This document shows positions 38,351-48,078 of a DNA stretch of 64,000 nt, one piece after another; within the stretch, counting starts at the first letter, position 1, and each line of letters opens with the position of its first letter. A model generated the notes under the pieces. That model saw only the letters and a list, made by a program, of their open reading frames with translations, did not search any database and was not told where the DNA came from. The stretch is from Syntrophales bacterium (GTDB taxonomy: Bacteria > Desulfobacterota > Syntrophia > Syntrophales > UBA2210), in contig CAXXNF010000002.1 of NCBI GenBank assembly GCA_963666365.2, positions 2,080,001-2,144,000 of the forward strand, in the 5' to 3' direction. Position numbers and translations under genes: made by a program.

Positions 38351-39931
38351 CTATCTTTTCTCCCAGAGCGCCCGTTTTAATTCGCTCTTCAGCACCTTCC
38401 CCGTTCCCCCTTTGGGAAGGGTTTCCCTGAACTCGATGAGACGGGGAATCTTAAATCCGGCAAGCCCCTCTTCTCTGCAATAGGCAATCAACTCTTCGGA
38501 GGTAAGCTCGGCGCCCTCCGCAAGGACAATGAAAGCCGCCGGCGTCTCCCCCCATTTTTCCGAAGGCGCCGCCACTACGGCTACTTCCGCAACCGCAGGA
38601 TGTGAGGAGATGACATTTTCCACTTCCACCGATCCGATGTTCTCTCCCCCGCTGATAATGATATCCTTTTTTCTATCCACGATCGTAATATACCCATCTT
38701 CGCTGATCGTAGCGATATCGCCGGAATAGAGCCATCCATCGACAACGGTCTTCTTCGTTTCCTCGGGAAGCCCCCAGTAACCGTCAATGATGGTATTGCC
38801 GCGCATGATTATCTCACCCATCTGGATGCCGTCGTGTGTGACATCCTTTCCTACGCCGTCGACGACCCTCACCGACGTTACCATATCTTCGTACCCCTGC
38901 GACCGGAGGAGAACCCGTTTCTTTTCTTCAGGCAGGTCCCGCAGGTGCTCTTTCAGGTGCGCCGTGGTGCCGCAGGATGACGTCTCACTCATTCCATAAC
39001 CGGCATGAATCACGCACCAGGGAAATTTCCGCATTAACGCGTCCTGCGTCCCCTCGAGAAGGGGGGCGCCTCCGATTACAATGCGTTCAAGGCTGCTCAA
39101 ATCATACTTGTCCAGATCCTTGAACTGAGTCAGCGTATCGCACATGGTGGGCACCATCTCCACATAGTTCACCTGTTCCCGCTCAATCAATTCACAGATC
39201 AGGGCCGGACGAAACTGAGGCAGCATGACATGCCTGCCTCCGACCGCGGTAATCATGTGCGCCTTTCTCCAGCAATTCGCATGAAAGAGGGGAATGGCTT
39301 GAAGATACACGGTCCGATCGTTTGCCACGCCGAAAAAAAGATCTTTCGTCGCCGCAAGCCAGAGGGTCCGGTGCGTGAGCAACATTCCCTTTGGATTCCC
39401 TGAGGTTCCGCTGGTATAAAACATCTCTGCGGGATCATGCTCATCCAGACCGAAATCGGCATCCATCACCGGTGACGCCTGTCCAAGCAATGTCTCATAT
39501 CGTTCCCCCTGAATCGTATGGTCAGGCGTCGTTTCTCCTTCAAGCACGACATATTGTTCCACAGTGTTCAGCTGCTCCCTCGGGACGAGATCCACCATGT
39601 CCTCGTTGACGACGAGCAGCCGCGTCCCTGAATCATTTAGCACATAGGTGATTTCCCGGGGAGTAAGCCGTATATTGATCGGCAGGAGAATCGCACCGAT
39701 CTGCGGCACACCGAAGTGCAGCTCAAGGAGGCGATGGCTGTTGGTATCGATCACGGCCACGCGGTCCCCTTTTTTAATACCCATTTTTATCAAGGCATTG
39801 GAAAGACGATTGACCCGCTCGCCGAACCGGGCATAGGTAAACCGTTTGTCTCCGTCGACAACACCTGTTTTCTTTCCATACTGTTGTACCGCTTTTCGCA
39901 AGAAATCGGTGGCTAAAAGGGGAACATACAT
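38351..39931 (-). CDS. Acyl-CoA synthetase (AMP-forming, medium-chain/aromatic type)
   Basis: YTSGTSGNPKG, PLFHAN, GYGMSET, SGD, DRKKDIIISGGEN. Confidence 0.93.
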   Translation of the reverse strand: MYVPLLATDFLRKAVQQYGKKTGVVDGDKRFTYARFGERVNRLSNALIKMGIKKGDRVAVIDTNSHRLLELHFGVPQIGAILLPINIRLTPREITYVLNDSGTRLLVVNEDMVDLVPREQLNTVEQYVVLEGETTPDHTIQGERYETLLGQASPVMDADFGLDEHDPAEMFYTSGTSGNPKGMLLTHRTLWLAATKDLFFGVANDRTVYLQAIPLFHANCWRKAHMITAVGGRHVMLPQFRPALICELIEREQVNYVEMVPTMCDTLTQFKDLDKYDLSSLERIVIGGAPLLEGTQDALMRKFPWCVIHAGYGMSETSSCGTTAHLKEHLRDLPEEKKRVLLRSQGYEDMVTSVRVVDGVGKDVTHDGIQMGEIIMRGNTIIDGYWGLPEETKKTVVDGWLYSGDIATISEDGYITIVDRKKDIIISGGENIGSVEVENVISSHPAVAEVAVVAAPSEKWGETPAAFIVLAEGAELTSEELIAYCREEGLAGFKIPRLIEFRETLPKGGTGKVLKSELKRALWEKR

Positions 39932-39958
39932 CTTTTCATCCTCCCGTCACAGGGCGGC

Positions 39959-41284
39959 CTAACCGCCGAAGATTAATCTCGGTATCCACAGGGATATCTG
40001 CGGAAACAGGGACACAAGTATCAGGCCCACTGCCTGAAGAAGCACAAAAGGCACGATCGCCAGGTATATGTCCTTGATACCCACCCCTGCCGGGGCAATG
40101 CTCTTCAGGTAAAAGAGATTGTAACCGAAGGGTGGAGATATGTAGGCAATCTGCATATTCATGATGAAGATCACGCCGAACCACACGGGATCATATCCCA
40201 TCACATCCACGACGGGCATAATGATCGGCGCCGTGATCATCACGATGGCGCCCGGATCGAGGAGCATGCCCAGAGCGAAGAACATGATCTGAATCAGGAT
40301 GAAGACGCCCCAGTACCCGAAGGGCAGACCAGTCAAGAGGTTTCTGATGAAATCGGAGGCGCCCAGTGCCGTATAAATAGTGGCAAAACTGTAGGCGCCG
40401 ATGATGATCCACATGACCATTCCCGTAAGCCGCAACGTCCCCAGGGACACGCGCTTGAAAGAGCCCCAGTTCATCGTTCCGCTGAAGAGCATGAGCACAA
40501 GACTGCCGAAAGCGCCGATGGCCGATCCTTCCGTGGGGGTGCAGACGCCCCCGAAAATAGATCCCAGGACGACAAGGATGAGAATGATCGGGGGAATCAC
40601 TGTTTTGGTGGCCCGCATCTTCTGTATGAGGGACATCGTATCCCCTTCTTCATCTACCTTGCTCGGACCTAGTTCCGGTTTAATTTTGCAGGCAATCAAT
40701 ATGTAGGCAATGTACAGCAGCGCCAGAAGGATGCCCGGACCGATGCCGCCGGCAAAAAGCTGTCCCACCGAAACCTGGCAGATCATACCGTAGATAATCA
40801 TGACGATACTCGGCGGGATAAGAATTCCCAGCGCCCCGCCGGCGCCGATGCACCCGAGGGCAAGCCGTGTGTTATAGTTGCGGGAAAGCATCGCCGGAAG
40901 CGCAATGAGCCCCATGGTAATCGTACCGGCGCCTCCGATGCCCGTCATGGCGGCAAAGAGGGTACAGACAATGACTGCTGCCACGGCCAGCCCTCCGTTG
41001 ATGCGTCCACCCCATACATGCACTGCGGAGAAGAGCCGATCGGCCATGCCCGATTCCTGGAGCGCCGCCCCCATAAGAATAAACAGGGGAATGGCCAGCA
41101 GACCGAAGGACATCATGGCCTTGCCGAAAATAAGCGTGGGAATGACCCCAAGGGCGTAGGGACCCCAGAGGAATATCGTAAAGAGCACACCGATGGAACC
41201 GAGAATAAAGGCGATGGGGAGCCCCGATATCAAGCCAAGGACCATACAGGCAAAGAGCAGAAAGGTAATAGTGCTTATATCCAT
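39959..41284 (-). CDS. dctM: TRAP transporter large permease
   Basis: LLAIPLFILMG, LGILIPPS, TPTEG, ISPPFG. Confidence 0.95.
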   Translation of the reverse strand: MDISTITFLLFACMVLGLISGLPIAFILGSIGVLFTIFLWGPYALGVIPTLIFGKAMMSFGLLAIPLFILMGAALQESGMADRLFSAVHVWGGRINGGLAVAAVIVCTLFAAMTGIGGAGTITMGLIALPAMLSRNYNTRLALGCIGAGGALGILIPPSIVMIIYGMICQVSVGQLFAGGIGPGILLALLYIAYILIACKIKPELGPSKVDEEGDTMSLIQKMRATKTVIPPIILILVVLGSIFGGVCTPTEGSAIGAFGSLVLMLFSGTMNWGSFKRVSLGTLRLTGMVMWIIIGAYSFATIYTALGASDFIRNLLTGLPFGYWGVFILIQIMFFALGMLLDPGAIVMITAPIIMPVVDVMGYDPVWFGVIFIMNMQIAYISPPFGYNLFYLKSIAPAGVGIKDIYLAIVPFVLLQAVGLILVSLFPQISLWIPRLIFGG

Positions 41285-41790
41285 TATTCATCCACTCCTT
41301 TCCCCGTGACAGCCATATACAGATCGGCCAGGAAATTGCTGATCCCCTGAAGGAGCAGCAACAGGGCGCCGAGAGGGATGGTGAGCTTTACCGGCCAGAG
41401 TGGCGGCGCCCAGTCACTTTGGGATACTTCAAGCACTTTCACGGAGCGGAGCGCAAATTCCCAGCCAAGCCAAAGGATAATCACCGCAAAGAGCAGAAAA
41501 AAAGGAAATGTTATGAGATCAAGTATCGCTTTCCCGCGGGGAGGAAGATGCATATAAAAAAGATCCATATTCACGTGTGCCTTGTAACGCAACGTATAGG
41601 CGCCCCCCATAATCGTCAACGCCGCAAACACCATAATACTCAATTCGTGAGCCCAGACAGTGGGATGGTTGAAGATGTTCCTCAGCACAATTTCCCACAT
41701 GATAATTGCCATCAGTATCCAGGGGAGCCACATAAGAATCATGCCGCTCACCTCGCTGATGCTATTAAGGATATTGATTATTTTTCGCAT
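41284..41790 (-). CDS. dctQ: TRAP transporter small permease
   Basis: EIVLRNIFNHPTVWAHE, HVNMD; 4 TM helices. Confidence 0.93.
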   Translation of the reverse strand: MRKIINILNSISEVSGMILMWLPWILMAIIMWEIVLRNIFNHPTVWAHELSIMVFAALTIMGGAYTLRYKAHVNMDLFYMHLPPRGKAILDLITFPFFLLFAVIILWLGWEFALRSVKVLEVSQSDWAPPLWPVKLTIPLGALLLLLQGISNFLADLYMAVTGKGVDE

Positions 41791-41944
41791 TGAGTCCCCC
41801 TTCTTGCCTCCAGGAGATAATTGCCGTAACAGCCGGTTTATTCCGTACAGGTCCCCTGATTCATCACGCGCCTCCTGACGGGATGGGAGGCGCCCTTCTG
41901 CAAAGCGGGGGGATGACCCGTTGTCATCCCCCCTTTCTGTGTCC

Positions 41945-43006
41945 CTATTTGATGTCGCCCATTGCTCTCAGATACTCTTTGATCATTTTGATAAGCTCGC
42001 CGCACTCGGGAGTCTTTTTCGCTTCCTCGTCCCAAATCTGGAATGCCACTTCTTCCGCCTTTTCGAGATCGGCGCCCTTCAGTGCGTTAATCGTCACACC
42101 GGCTTTTTTCATCTGGTTCAGACCCCACTGCTCGCCGGTCCAGTTCTGGTGATTCGTCATGTCCAGACCCGCTCGTACAATGGCCTGTTCAAGGATTACC
42201 TTGAGGTCGTCAGGCAGTGATTTCCAGGCCCGTTCGTTGACCAGAACGGTAAGATGATTGATCGGATTGACCGGGGGCCAGAGGAAGTACTTGGCAACTT
42301 CATGGAATTTCATGCTGTACATGCCCATGGCGCTTCCCCAGGTAATGCCGTCAATGGCGTTCGTCTGAAGCGCGCTGTAGGCTTCCTCACCGGGGATATA
42401 CACGCCCTGGCCGCCGAGCCTTTCTATCCAGGTAATCATCAGACCGGAGGCCCGGACCTTTTTACCCTTCAAATCGGCAATGCTGTTAATGGGAGAGGTA
42501 AACATGTAGGCAGCGGGCCAGCAGTCAACCCCGCCGGCCAGATAATGGACCCCATGCTTCGCGTAGACCTTTCTCAAAAGATCGATGGCACGCCAACCGC
42601 CGAAGAGATTGGGCAGTTCCTTGCCGTACATGAAGTTATACATCTGGGAGGGCGTTCGAATGCCGAAGGGAACTCCGTATTCAATGCCCGCTTCCGGAAT
42701 CACGCCCTTGAAGTAGATGCAGGGCATGCCGATCATTTCAACGATCCCCGCTTTGACCGCATCAAGGGAATCGGCGCTTTTCACCAGCTCGCCAGCCCAG
42801 AACATCTTGATCTGAAGCCGTCCCTTTGTCATGGCGGGCAGCGTCTTCTCGAACATCTCCTGATAATAGGCCATGCCCGGTTCAGAGGCAATCCGCATCT
42901 GCTGATATTTCCACTTAAACACCTTATCCGCCGCATTGCAGGCAAATGAAGTACTCAACAGCACCGCAACGGCCAGAACCACAATCCCCACTACCTTCTT
43001 TTTCAT
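41945..43006 (-). CDS. dctP: TRAP transporter substrate-binding protein
   Basis: Signal peptide, AGELV, DLKGKKVR, EAYSALQT..IDG, WKSLPDDLK. Confidence 0.93.
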   Translation of the reverse strand: MKKKVVGIVVLAVAVLLSTSFACNAADKVFKWKYQQMRIASEPGMAYYQEMFEKTLPAMTKGRLQIKMFWAGELVKSADSLDAVKAGIVEMIGMPCIYFKGVIPEAGIEYGVPFGIRTPSQMYNFMYGKELPNLFGGWRAIDLLRKVYAKHGVHYLAGGVDCWPAAYMFTSPINSIADLKGKKVRASGLMITWIERLGGQGVYIPGEEAYSALQTNAIDGITWGSAMGMYSMKFHEVAKYFLWPPVNPINHLTVLVNERAWKSLPDDLKVILEQAIVRAGLDMTNHQNWTGEQWGLNQMKKAGVTINALKGADLEKAEEVAFQIWDEEAKKTPECGELIKMIKEYLRAMGDIK

Positions 43007-43106
43007 AACATCCTCCTTCCTTTTGAGTAAAATCTCTTACCAAAAATAGTGATTCAATCGCCCGGATCACACGGTGTGTACCGCGATTCGCCGGATCAGA
43101 TCCGAA

Positions 43107-44327
43107 TCAGACCTCACCGCATCCCGCTACCCCCGACACACAGAGCGTCATGGAAAGCAACGCCTTCAACTCCTTAATTTCCTTAATTTTACTGCGGTAT
43201 TCTCCTTTTTCAAGAAAGAGCCATCGAAATGCCAGATAGGTAAAGGCCCCGGCAAACATAAAACAAAACACCCTGGCGTTTACACTTTTCCGTATGGACC
43301 CCTCCTTTTTGCCGTCTTCAATAATAGTTTTGAGAATGGAATAGTAGCGTTCGAAATACTGAAATGTAGTTGATTGATAAAATTTTCTATTTAATTGCAT
43401 GTGGGCGAGAAAGATTTTAAAGAAGTCACGCTCCATCAAAGCAAGACAACAATGGGAATTGGCAAACTGCCTGAACCTGCTCCAGGCCGTTATAGACCGA
43501 CTGTCCCCGGATAGATCCTGAATCAGCGACTCAAAATGGGCAACAGGAATCGAAAAAAGGAGGTTTTCTTTGCTCTCGAAGTAGTCATACACCGTCCCTT
43601 CGGATACGCGTGACGATTTTGCTATCTCGGTCACCTTGGCATTCAGATACCCTTTTTCGGCAAAAATCCTCTCAGCTTCCTTGAGAATACGGATGGGCTT
43701 TTCAAGTTCTTCCCCCCCGGAGGGAACCAGCATGGGAGAAATGAGGCCCATGATATCCTCCAGATCGTCGGTCCCCTTTTTCCGATAGCCCGACACCCAT
43801 GAATTGATCGCCTCCGAATCGAGAGTTCCCAGTATTATGTCGCGCATAATCGAGGGATTGAGGTCGGAGCGGAACTTTCCCTGATCGATGCCGTCTTTCA
43901 GTATCGCACGCAGCATCCCGGAATAGGCGCGGATGAGACGATAGGCGGGGGCATCGTAAAACTCCCGCAACACTCTGCATTCAAGCAACTGAATGCTCAG
44001 CCAGGCAGGATGGGTGTCGTTATTGTAGAGGTGAAACCATATGACCTTTCTGAGACGGCTTTCCGGATCCTGTATGCCCTGAAGATGCTCGTTCAGACCG
44101 GCAAGAAATTCTTCAAGTCTTTTCTCTGCAGTGCAGAACAGAATATCCTGCTTGCCCTTGAAATACTGGTAGATGACGGAGTCGGCAATGCCGACGGCGC
44201 CGGCAATTTCAGAAATCTTTGTATCTGCAAGCCCTTTGCGCGAGATAATGTCTTCCGCAACGAGAAGAATCTCTTCCCGGCGGTTACGCTCTTGATTTTC
44301 TCTAGGCGACGCGTGCAGTTCGTCCAC
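43107..44327 (-). CDS. Tandem (double) TetR/AcrR-family transcriptional regulator
   Basis: Two HTHs: ISEIAGAVGIADSVIYQYFKGK and VTEIAKSSRVSEGTVYDYFESK; 406 aa. Confidence 0.88.
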   Translation of the reverse strand: MDELHASPRENQERNRREEILLVAEDIISRKGLADTKISEIAGAVGIADSVIYQYFKGKQDILFCTAEKRLEEFLAGLNEHLQGIQDPESRLRKVIWFHLYNNDTHPAWLSIQLLECRVLREFYDAPAYRLIRAYSGMLRAILKDGIDQGKFRSDLNPSIMRDIILGTLDSEAINSWVSGYRKKGTDDLEDIMGLISPMLVPSGGEELEKPIRILKEAERIFAEKGYLNAKVTEIAKSSRVSEGTVYDYFESKENLLFSIPVAHFESLIQDLSGDSRSITAWSRFRQFANSHCCLALMERDFFKIFLAHMQLNRKFYQSTTFQYFERYYSILKTIIEDGKKEGSIRKSVNARVFCFMFAGAFTYLAFRWLFLEKGEYRSKIKEIKELKALLSMTLCVSGVAGCGEV

Positions 44328-44495
44328 AAGGATAACCTGTTATCAAAACGGAGCATCTCATCCTTGAGATTACGCTCATATCATGCTTCTGCCTACAAGA
44401 CTCTCGTATATAGGCGCTTCATTAAGAATACGGCTCATTTATATCTAAGAGAAAAACTGAGTTCTTTTCACCGATAGCAGGGACAGGGGACCAAG

Positions 44496-45845
44496 TCAAG
44501 ATCTTTTTACGGCAAGGACAGTTCCATACAGATCATAGGTGTCGGCGGCGTCGATGCGGCATCTGATGATAGTGCCCACAGTCGCATGGGGCGCATTGAC
44601 ATAGGTAATGCCGTCAATCTCCGGAGCCTGACCTTGAGTGCGCCCGATGTAGTCGTATTCAGGGATATCGGACGGTTCCTGCACCAGCACTTCCTGTATC
44701 GATCCGACCAAGGCCTGATTCTTTTCAAAAGAAATCGGCGCCTGTGCCTCCATTATCACCCTTTTCCGCGATTCCTTCATATGCGCTGGAACCTGGTGCG
44801 ACATTTCGGCGGCTGCTGTCCCCTCTTCTTTTGAGTAGGTGAACACGCCCAGGTGATCGAACCGTGCTTCTTTCACAAACTCCAGCAATCGTTTGAACTG
44901 CCGCACCGTTTCTCCGGGGAATCCGACTATGAGTGATGTGCGAAGCGCAATTTCAGGCATCCATGCCCTCGCCCCTGCAATACAGGATCGAATATGGTCG
45001 CTCCCCACTCTTCGATTCATGGCCCTGAGCATGTCATCATCAATATGCTGTACAGGCATGTCTATGTAGTTGCAGATCTTGTCTTCTTCGGCCATTATTT
45101 TGAAAAGATCATCCGTTACATGCAACGGATGAGTATAGAGCAGTCTGATCCATTGAATATGTTCCAGTGAAGCCAACTCGCTCATTAATGCGCCGAGCGT
45201 GGGTCTGCCCGGCAGGTCATGCCCGTACCACGTCGTTTCCTGCGCGGTGAGGATTAACTCCCTGATCCCCTGCCCGCCAAGTCCTTCGGCTTCCCTGATA
45301 ATATCGTCGGGCGTCCTGCTCCTGTAGACGCCCCTTACCGCAGGGATGACACAGTAGGAACAATGATTGGAACAGCCCTCGGCAATCTTGATGTAGGCAC
45401 TTGACGCCGGCGTGGAGACCACACGCGGACAGGATGAGTCCATAAGAAAATCGGGAGCTCCGATGATGGACCGCACGGTTCCCCGGCCCTGCTCGATCAG
45501 ACAGGAAACATGGGCGGCGATCCCCGGCACTTCTCCCACACCTAAAAAGAGATCCACCTCCGGCAGCTCCTTCTCCAGCACAGTCCCGTAGCGCTGGGGC
45601 ATGCAGCCCGCAACAACAACATGGCTGCACTCACCTCGGTTTTTACGCGCGATCGCCCCGAAAATCTCATCGATGGCCTCTTCTTTCGCATCATCGATGA
45701 AGGTGCAGGTATTCACAATAATCACATCCGCCCTTTCGGATGGATCGACCACACAAAAGCCCTTCTCGAGAAGAAGGGCCTCCATGACTTCCGAATCCAC
45801 CAGATTTTTTGGGCACCCCAGACGTATGATACTTACGGTATTCAA
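44496..45845 (-). CDS. rimO: Ribosomal protein S12 methylthiotransferase
   Basis: LGCPKNLVDSE, NTCTFI, EGCSNHCSYC, VGFPGET, APEIDG, TRAM domain; probable TTG start 45845. Confidence 0.95.
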   Translation of the reverse strand: MNTVSIIRLGCPKNLVDSEVMEALLLEKGFCVVDPSERADVIIVNTCTFIDDAKEEAIDEIFGAIARKNRGECSHVVVAGCMPQRYGTVLEKELPEVDLFLGVGEVPGIAAHVSCLIEQGRGTVRSIIGAPDFLMDSSCPRVVSTPASSAYIKIAEGCSNHCSYCVIPAVRGVYRSRTPDDIIREAEGLGGQGIRELILTAQETTWYGHDLPGRPTLGALMSELASLEHIQWIRLLYTHPLHVTDDLFKIMAEEDKICNYIDMPVQHIDDDMLRAMNRRVGSDHIRSCIAGARAWMPEIALRTSLIVGFPGETVRQFKRLLEFVKEARFDHLGVFTYSKEEGTAAAEMSHQVPAHMKESRKRVIMEAQAPISFEKNQALVGSIQEVLVQEPSDIPEYDYIGRTQGQAPEIDGITYVNAPHATVGTIIRCRIDAADTYDLYGTVLAVKRS

Positions 45846-45846
45846 T

Positions 45847-48072
45847 TTATTTCGGCAGCTTTCCGACAAGCACTTTGCGGGCCTTCGACCCATCGGCCGG
45901 ACCGACCACACCTTCGGCTTCCATTTTTTCGATAATGCGGGCGGCCCTGTTGTAGCCTATTTTCAGATATCGCTGCACCAGTGATATTGACGCCTGTCCG
46001 AGATCGGTCACCAATTCGACTGCTTCATCGTAACGGTCGTCGAACTCTTCTTCGACCTGAACCCCTTCTCTTGTCTCGGGGTTATACTGCGCTATGGACT
46101 CATCATAGCTCGGCGCCGCCTGTTTTTTCAGGAACATCACTATTTCCTTAATTTCCCGGTCCGACACATAGGCACCGTGTATGCGGACCAGCTGCGATGT
46201 CCCCGGGGGGATAAAGAGCATATCTCCCGCACCGAGAAGTTTTTCGGCGCCGAGCTGGTCGAGAATTGTGCGGGAGTCGACTTTCGAAGACACCTGAAAG
46301 GATATTCTTGTGGGGAAATTCGCCTTGATAATTCCGGTGATAACATCAACGGAAGGACGCTGAGTAGCCAGAATAAGATGAATCCCGGCTGCTCGCGCCA
46401 TCTGAGCAAGCCTTGCAAGCGAGGATTCCACATTCCGCTGGGCCACCATCATCAAATCGGCAAGCTCGTCGATCACAATAACAATATAGGGAAGGTGCTC
46501 CCTGTTCTCAGGCGCCGTCTCTTCCTGAGAAACCGGACGGGTTCCCTTCCGTTGATGGCCCTCTTCCGCTTTTCGTTTCTCCATCAGACGATTGTACTTC
46601 TCGATGCTTTTCACCCCTTCGCAACTGATAAGTTCGTAACGCCGCTCCATCTCGTCAATCGCCCATTTCAGCACCTGGGCCGCCTTTTTCGGATTGACGA
46701 CAACGGGATGAAGCAGGTGCGGAATTCCTTCATAGGCGGACAATTCCAGTCGCTTCGGATCGATCATGAGGAATTTCACATCGTCGGGACGGGCCTTGAA
46801 AAGTATGCTGCAGATCATGGCATTCAAGGAAACACTTTTCCCCGAACCGGTTGTGCCGGCGATAAGAAGATGGGGCATCTTCACAAGGTCCGCGGCCACG
46901 GGGTTTCCCACGATGTCCTTGCCGAGTATGATGGGAAGCCGGTATTTCGACTCCAGAAACACGTCAGTATCAAGTACGCTCCTTACATAGACATAATCGC
47001 GTTCCTGGTTGGGTATTTCGATGCCGATTGCCGCCTTTCCCGGAATCGGGGCAATGATGCGCACACTCTGTGCTTTCATGGCCAGGGCAAGGTCATCGGA
47101 TAAATTGGTAATGCGATTGATTTTAACTCCCGATGCTGGTTCCAGCTCATACATGGTAATCACCGGACCCGGTTTTATTTCAACAACCTTCCCCTCCACC
47201 CCGAAATCAGCCAACTTCTTTTCAAGGAGCCTGGCATTCATGACAAGGCTCTCTTTTTTCATTCTTGTATCCTTTTGTTCCCCCTCCTCCAGAAGAGTAA
47301 AGGGTGGAAGCCGAAACCCGTCATCCGATGCAACAAAATCGAAGGAAATCTGTTCAACTTTCTTTCTGGATGGCTTCGCTTCCGAGGCCGGGGTCTCCTC
47401 GGAAATACGGGGCACGTGCTTTTCCGGTTTCCGTTTTTTCGGCCTCTCCACTTTTTTCTTGCGCCTCATCCGTTCTATCCGGATCACCACGGCAACGCGC
47501 ACCTTTTCGAATATCTTCATGGCAACTGTTCGTATGCGCTTCAATATCACTATGAGGGATATATCGAAGGTTGCAATGAGCGATATCAGAAAGATGACAA
47601 TGAGAAGAATATAGGTGCCCGCGGAATTGAGATACTGGACAAGGGTGCGTGACGCGACAGTCCCCAGGAGGCCTCCGGCGGCAATGGCAAATATTTTGTG
47701 CGCGCCATATCTGGTCCCTATGAAGGCAGCGGCGGAAAACACAATACCTATAATTCCGAGCATCTTCACGACTATCCTTATAGGACCTGTCACCTTTGTT
47801 TTTCCTAAAAAGAGCTTTATTGAGGCAAGGGCAAGGGCAAAGGGCAGAAGATAGGCCACAACCCCGAAAAATTGCAGGAGGCCGTCGGCAAGATAACTGC
47901 CTATTTTACCGGCAAGGTTATGAACCTTCGCCTTGCCGGCGACAAAGTGCATCCAGGATGGATCCCGGGGGTTGTATGACAGAAGTGCGACGATCACAAA
48001 GAGGGCAACTGCAAAAAGAAGTATCCCTAGTATCTCCCTGGATCGTTTATTGTTGTCTTCCTGTGTGTTCAT
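45847..48072 (-). CDS. ftsK: DNA translocase FtsK
   Basis: 4TM N-terminus, MPHLLIAGTTGSGKS, IDELADLM, ATQRPS, gamma domain QRYLKIGYNRAAR. Confidence 0.97.
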   Translation of the reverse strand: MNTQEDNNKRSREILGILLFAVALFVIVALLSYNPRDPSWMHFVAGKAKVHNLAGKIGSYLADGLLQFFGVVAYLLPFALALASIKLFLGKTKVTGPIRIVVKMLGIIGIVFSAAAFIGTRYGAHKIFAIAAGGLLGTVASRTLVQYLNSAGTYILLIVIFLISLIATFDISLIVILKRIRTVAMKIFEKVRVAVVIRIERMRRKKKVERPKKRKPEKHVPRISEETPASEAKPSRKKVEQISFDFVASDDGFRLPPFTLLEEGEQKDTRMKKESLVMNARLLEKKLADFGVEGKVVEIKPGPVITMYELEPASGVKINRITNLSDDLALAMKAQSVRIIAPIPGKAAIGIEIPNQERDYVYVRSVLDTDVFLESKYRLPIILGKDIVGNPVAADLVKMPHLLIAGTTGSGKSVSLNAMICSILFKARPDDVKFLMIDPKRLELSAYEGIPHLLHPVVVNPKKAAQVLKWAIDEMERRYELISCEGVKSIEKYNRLMEKRKAEEGHQRKGTRPVSQEETAPENREHLPYIVIVIDELADLMMVAQRNVESSLARLAQMARAAGIHLILATQRPSVDVITGIIKANFPTRISFQVSSKVDSRTILDQLGAEKLLGAGDMLFIPPGTSQLVRIHGAYVSDREIKEIVMFLKKQAAPSYDESIAQYNPETREGVQVEEEFDDRYDEAVELVTDLGQASISLVQRYLKIGYNRAARIIEKMEAEGVVGPADGSKARKVLVGKLPK

Positions 48073-48078
48073 CGGCGT

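Noticed and set aside
41905..41935. GGGGGATGAC...GTCATCCCCC hairpin between dctP and dctQ
   Set aside because: Ordinary intercistronic stem-loop after a binding-protein gene; does not share the GGGACACTTCCC core
45846..45911. Upstream extension of rimO
   Set aside because: Overlaps the ftsK 3' end; TTG at 45845 fits the family N-terminus
46177..47103. 308-aa + strand ORF, and similar ones at 2561-3442, 17862-18620, 23293-24168, 56490-57314 and 60657-61484
   Set aside because: All lie antisense to well-supported genes and have no recognisable domain
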